Assembly: GCA_963695545.1 (NCBI GenBank)
Contig: OY968796.1
Span: 3,328,001 to 3,392,000, forward strand
Reading direction: 5' to 3'
Length of the DNA stretch: 64,000 nt
From: Terriglobia bacterium
GTDB taxonomy: Bacteria > Acidobacteriota > Terriglobia > Acidiferrales > UBA7541
Below the pieces are notes generated by a model. That model was given only the letters and a program-made list of their open reading frames with translations. It searched no databases and was not told where the DNA came from. Of the stretch, positions 60,550 through 64,000 are shown one piece after another (the first letter of the stretch is position 1; each line of letters starts with the position of its first letter). The position numbers and the translations under genes are program-made.

Positions 60550-60622
60550 TGTAGCGGAGGCCTTTAGGCCTCCATCTGGGGCGTGCGTGGAAAAGGCTGG
60601 AGGCCTAAAGGCCTCCGCTACA
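60550..60622. repeat. GTAG-type REP doublet in inverted orientation
   Basis: TGTAGCGGAGGCCTTTAGGCCTCCA ... TGGAGGCCTAAAGGCCTCCGCTACA. Confidence 0.88.
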
Positions 60623-60687
60623 TAACCCGTGCTACAGAGCCGCGGCCGCGAGCCTCGGCGATGCGCGCTCCGCAAACGAAGCGTGCG

Positions 60688-61209
60688 TTACGAGTTTCCG
60701 CTGGTCGTGGTTTTGCCGAAGCCGGAGCCGCCGCTGCCGCCGCTGGCGGTGCCGCTGCCGGATGAAGCTTGCGGCGCGGGGCCGGCCGCGCCTCCGCCGA
60801 CAACCGGCGTGGCGGGCGAACCGAAGACGACCGCGGCCGATGGTTGCGAGCCGAGATATTGCGAATAGCCGCGCCAATATAATGTTTGGTTGCCGAGCGA
60901 AACGCGCAGATTGCGCGAGCTGCCCAGAAAATAAACGTGCGGCGCGGCGAAGCCGGGCGTGCTGTCCGACTCGACGAAATAATATATGCCCTTATTCACG
61001 GCGGAATTGTCGGTGATGGCCACGTCGAAAATTCCGTCGGCCGCGACCACGGAGATTCCGCCGATCGGCGCGGGCGCGGTGATGTCGCCCGAAGGATCCA
61101 CGCCCGTCGCGCGGCCGATCGAATTCACGGCGGAGATGACCTGCGTGATGGCTTCGTAGGTGTACGGCGATTCGCTTTTGATGCGCGCGAGTTGTGGGAC
61201 GGTGAGCAT
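60688..61209 (-). CDS. Hypothetical phage structural protein
   Basis: 173 aa, beta-rich core with G/S tail, in the co-oriented late gene run. Confidence 0.6.
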   Translation of the reverse strand: MLTVPQLARIKSESPYTYEAITQVISAVNSIGRATGVDPSGDITAPAPIGGISVVAADGIFDVAITDNSAVNKGIYYFVESDSTPGFAAPHVYFLGSSRNLRVSLGNQTLYWRGYSQYLGSQPSAAVVFGSPATPVVGGGAAGPAPQASSGSGTASGGSGGSGFGKTTTSGNS

Positions 61210-61239
61210 TTGAATCGAATACGATTTTCGCGAACGTTT

Positions 61240-61346
61240 GTGTCGCCCCTACGGGGCTTAAAACAATTGGAGAAAATATAAAATGGACCGCGTACCCAGG
61301 GCTTACGCCCTGGGCTAAGCTCTGCCGCCCCTACGGGGCTGGTTTT
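61240..61346. repeat. Composite REP-like element, copy 2 (inverted relative to copy 1)
   Basis: Reverse complement of the 39259 element with a different AT-rich middle; another GTAG REP half at about 61403-61426. Confidence 0.9.
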
Positions 61347-61447
61347 CGTGCGGGCCGCGATTTCGTCACGTGGCGCGACCTCAGCATTGCGCGAAAAAAG
61401 ATGCCGCCCTAAAGGGCGGCGCTACAACGACAAAGTCTACGGCGCAA

Positions 61448-61849
61448 TCACGCGACGTCAACCTTGCGGCAGAAGCAGGGCCAGGGATCGCGGCGCCAGC
61501 CCAGGCGCGCGAGGCGACGGCCGAAGGCGCGCGCGACGGGCGGCGGCAGAAACGCTTGTGCGTCGTCGAGGCCGCGGGCGGCGGCGGCGCGGCGCGTGGC
61601 TTCGTGCATCACCAGAAAACGCTGCCAGCGATCGCGCGGTGTGCCGGCACGCGGATCGTGAAGCAAATATGTTTCGGCGGTCAGGCGCAGGAGCACGCCC
61701 ATGGCCGGCTCGCCGGAATCGTCCTCGAGCACCAATTTTGAAATGAATAGCGGGCTCGTGAGATCGGGAAACGGATAGCCGAAGCCTTGCGCGGCGTGCA
61801 GGCGGCGCAGAGCGTCGAGATCGCGTTCCGTATATTCGCGGATCAACAT
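61448..61849 (-). CDS. Hypothetical protein with GNAT-like pattern (podovirus head-tail region type)
   Basis: MLIREYTERDLDAL start and FGRRLARLGW end; directly after the nozzle-like gene. Confidence 0.55.
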   Translation of the reverse strand: MLIREYTERDLDALRRLHAAQGFGYPFPDLTSPLFISKLVLEDDSGEPAMGVLLRLTAETYLLHDPRAGTPRDRWQRFLVMHEATRRAAAARGLDDAQAFLPPPVARAFGRRLARLGWRRDPWPCFCRKVDVA

Positions 61850-61952
61850 CTGGGACGAAAGAAGGAAAATTCGACGGACCCGCGTGTGGGGCCGGTGCGA
61901 GGTGGCGCCGGGAGGTGGCGCTCGCCGCGCGATCACAAATCGCTTCGTGATG

Positions 61953-62206
61953 CAGCCCCGTAGGGGCGGCAGAGCTTAGCCCAGGGCGTAAGCCCTGGGT
62001 GGACAAATCCTCCACACGTTTTTCATCAAATGTTTTTCTTAAGCCCCGTAGGGGCGACACAGTCGTTGAATCAATTGCGGATATCGCGAGCGCTTGTGCC
62101 GCCCCTACGGGGCTAAGACAAAACATTTGGGAATAATCTAATTTGCGAATCGTTCCCAGGGCTTACGCCCTGGGCTAAGCTCTTTCGCCCCTACGGGGCT
62201 GGTTTT
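61953..62206. repeat. Two composite REP-like elements (copies 3 and 4) in inverted arrangement
   Basis: 61953-62060 forward and about 62096-62206 reverse. Confidence 0.9.
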
Positions 62207-62258
62207 CGAGTGCGCGGCGATTTCGTCCCGTGGCGCGATTGTCGCGGGCACGGTTTGC

Positions 62259-62348
62259 GTAGCACAGCCATTCCTGGCTGTGCGATTTTGGGTTTTCTAC
62301 ACGCGGCGCAAAAAAGCAAAGGCGCACAGGCAGGAATGCCTGTGCTAC
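62259..62348. repeat. GTAG-type REP doublet, another family
   Basis: GTAGCACAGCCATTCCTGGCTGTGCG ... CGCACAGGCAGGAATGCCTGTGCTAC. Confidence 0.85.
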
Positions 62349-62466
62349 GAAAAGACGATGGCGCGCCCCGCTACACGAGGCAGAACATTCAGCACGCCCG
62401 CGCGCGGCAAACACCGAGAGATCCCTCGTCGAGGACTCCTCGGGATGACGGCGCTTGGTCGCGCCG

Positions 62467-64000
62467 TCAATTCACGCCGCGGACGATGGACCATGGGTCG
62501 GGCATCAGGCTGGGGATGAAGCGCTCCATCTCGAACCAGGAGCCGGCGGAATTTGTGCCGAACTGGAAGGCGACGCGCTCGGCGAGAACGTTGATCGGCA
62601 ATTCCAGATCGTGCGGCGAGTGCGAGGCGAGCGTTAGCGCGGGCAGCGACGCGGCGTAGGCTTCGCTATCGGCGAACGCGCTTAAATTCAACGTGCCGGT
62701 GCCTTGGGCGTAGAGCGTGAGATACGAAAACAATTTTCGGTGCGCGCGCACGTCGAATTGCTGCTCGAGGTCGTGGCTCAGAAAGAAAAATGTGGTGTAG
62801 TAGGCGTCGATCGCGGCGCCGTCGTCGGAATATTGCGTGTCGAGCATTTGATAGATTTTGCCGTTGCCCACGCCGTTGCCCAAAAACAATTGCGCGGTGC
62901 CGTTTGCGCGTTCGGCGAGCGTGGCGCAATTCGCCACGATGCTCCACGGGCACCAGCGGCGCGAGCGGCCGGCGGAAAACAATTTTCCGCTGATGGTAGA
63001 AAAGTGATACGGGCCGAGGCCGGCGATTTCGCTCGAAGAAAAGCAGCTGCGGTAATCGAGCATCAGCACGATCGAAGGCGTGGTCGCGGTGCCCAGCGGA
63101 ACGCCGCACAGAATGCGGCGATTGGTGGTGTCCACGCGGACCCACAGCGTGTTGCCCGCGGCCCAATTGATCTGGTCCCACAGCGGCTGAATTTCCTGCG
63201 AGATTTTCACCGGCTCGCCGCCATCATATATATAGAGGCCCTGGCGCGCGGCGATCACAGCCCAATCTTCGCCGATGTCCACGCCATTCACGGAGGGCGT
63301 GCCGACGGTGCGCGAAATTTCGGTCACGCTCCACGAAGCCGGCTCGCTGCCACTGGAATCCTGCGTGGAATAAAGTTCGTGGTCCTTCGCGAAATATAAA
63401 ATTCCGCGCAACTCGAACGCGGCGCGCACGGCTTGCCCATCGCCTTCCGCGATTTCGAGCAGGCCGGTGACGCCGTCGTAGCTTTCCGGGCTGCCGGCGG
63501 TCGAAGCGCGCACCACGCTGGTGTTGTACGGCTCGGCGGTGGGGAAAATCTCGATGTTGTCCACGCCGAATCCGCCGCCGACGCTCGGCGTGCCGTCGGC
63601 ATCAACGCGCAGCACGAGATCGGACGGAATGGTGGCGATCGCGGGCGTTAGCGGCGCGATAAATTCCTGCCACGCGGAGGTGGCTTGCGCGGCGGTGACT
63701 TCGATGCCGGTGGTGTTGATTCCGGCCGACGCGCTGTAAAGATGAATGTGCAGCGTGCCCTGCGTCGCAGGCGGCGAACCGACGGCGCGCACGCGCGCGC
63801 GCACGGAGTACGCGGTCTGCACGGCGATGCGCGTGACGCCGAGATAGTCCGCGACCGCGCTTTGCGTGATCAGGCCGCGCGTGGCGGTCGTGCCGTCGCC
63901 GAGAATATCGTACGCGCCGCCCCACACGCCGTTATCGCGCTGGCCGCCGGTGAAAAATGTGGCGTCGGGCGTCCAGCCGAGCGGCACGCCGCTGGTGGGA
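62467..64000 (-). CDS. Phage tail nozzle/stabilisation-like protein, 5'-truncated
   Basis: Over 506 aa, beta-propeller-like; YDGGEPVKISQEIQPLW resembles podoviral nozzle proteins (pattern-level only). Confidence 0.55.
   Translation of the reverse strand, partial: PTSGVPLGWTPDATFFTGGQRDNGVWGGAYDILGDGTTATRGLITQSAVADYLGVTRIAVQTAYSVRARVRAVGSPPATQGTLHIHLYSASAGINTTGIEVTAAQATSAWQEFIAPLTPAIATIPSDLVLRVDADGTPSVGGGFGVDNIEIFPTAEPYNTSVVRASTAGSPESYDGVTGLLEIAEGDGQAVRAAFELRGILYFAKDHELYSTQDSSGSEPASWSVTEISRTVGTPSVNGVDIGEDWAVIAARQGLYIYDGGEPVKISQEIQPLWDQINWAAGNTLWVRVDTTNRRILCGVPLGTATTPSIVLMLDYRSCFSSSEIAGLGPYHFSTISGKLFSAGRSRRWCPWSIVANCATLAERANGTAQLFLGNGVGNGKIYQMLDTQYSDDGAAIDAYYTTFFFLSHDLEQQFDVRAHRKLFSYLTLYAQGTGTLNLSAFADSEAYAASLPALTLASHSPHDLELPINVLAERVAFQFGTNSAGSWFEMERFIPSLMPDPWSIVRGVN

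Larger units (their letters stand above)
55771..64000 (-). mobile_element. Prophage-like region (tail/ejection/lysis end), continues past the window
   Basis: Co-oriented genes: nozzle-like, GNAT-like, ejection-protein-like, holin-like, SLT, spanin-like. No integrase or att site seen; left boundary inferred. Confidence 0.7.

Overview
High-GC bacterial chromosomal segment; gene content suggests Acidobacteriota (inference). 1-31 kb is housekeeping: murJ, xerD, a CCA/poly(A)-type nucleotidyltransferase, dnaE, accA, a cytochrome c maturation (ccm) operon, hemH, a split-cytochrome b Rieske complex with an 8-heme cytochrome c, ctaA/ctaB, a ferredoxin, an IDH-family dehydrogenase and an A-type Fe-S carrier. 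31-46 kb holds accessory genes, an IS3 element, nadE and a DsbA-like gene. A 28-bp dif-like XerCD site at 46100-46127 marks a sharp C-rich to G-rich switch and is flanked by tandem repeats and a decayed gene copy. Two close LysR paralogues bracket a DUF1778/GNAT toxin-antitoxin pair and a TonB-dependent transporter. From about 55.8 kb to the end lies the minus-strand tail/lysis end of a REP-rich prophage-like element. The most notable signal sits between its holin-like and transglycosylase genes: a well-formed tRNA with a Gly (GCC) anticodon but Ala acceptor identity (G2-C71, G3.U70, A73, G20), followed by a predicted ~59-nt sRNA with its own promoter and terminator, whose first 14 nt are exactly complementary to that tRNA's anticodon arm. 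This is a candidate all-RNA toxin-antitoxin system built on a mistranslating tRNA. A three-gene DUF6941/HicB-like/HicA-like cassette lies on the other side of the transglycosylase. All assignments are by eye; no searches were run.
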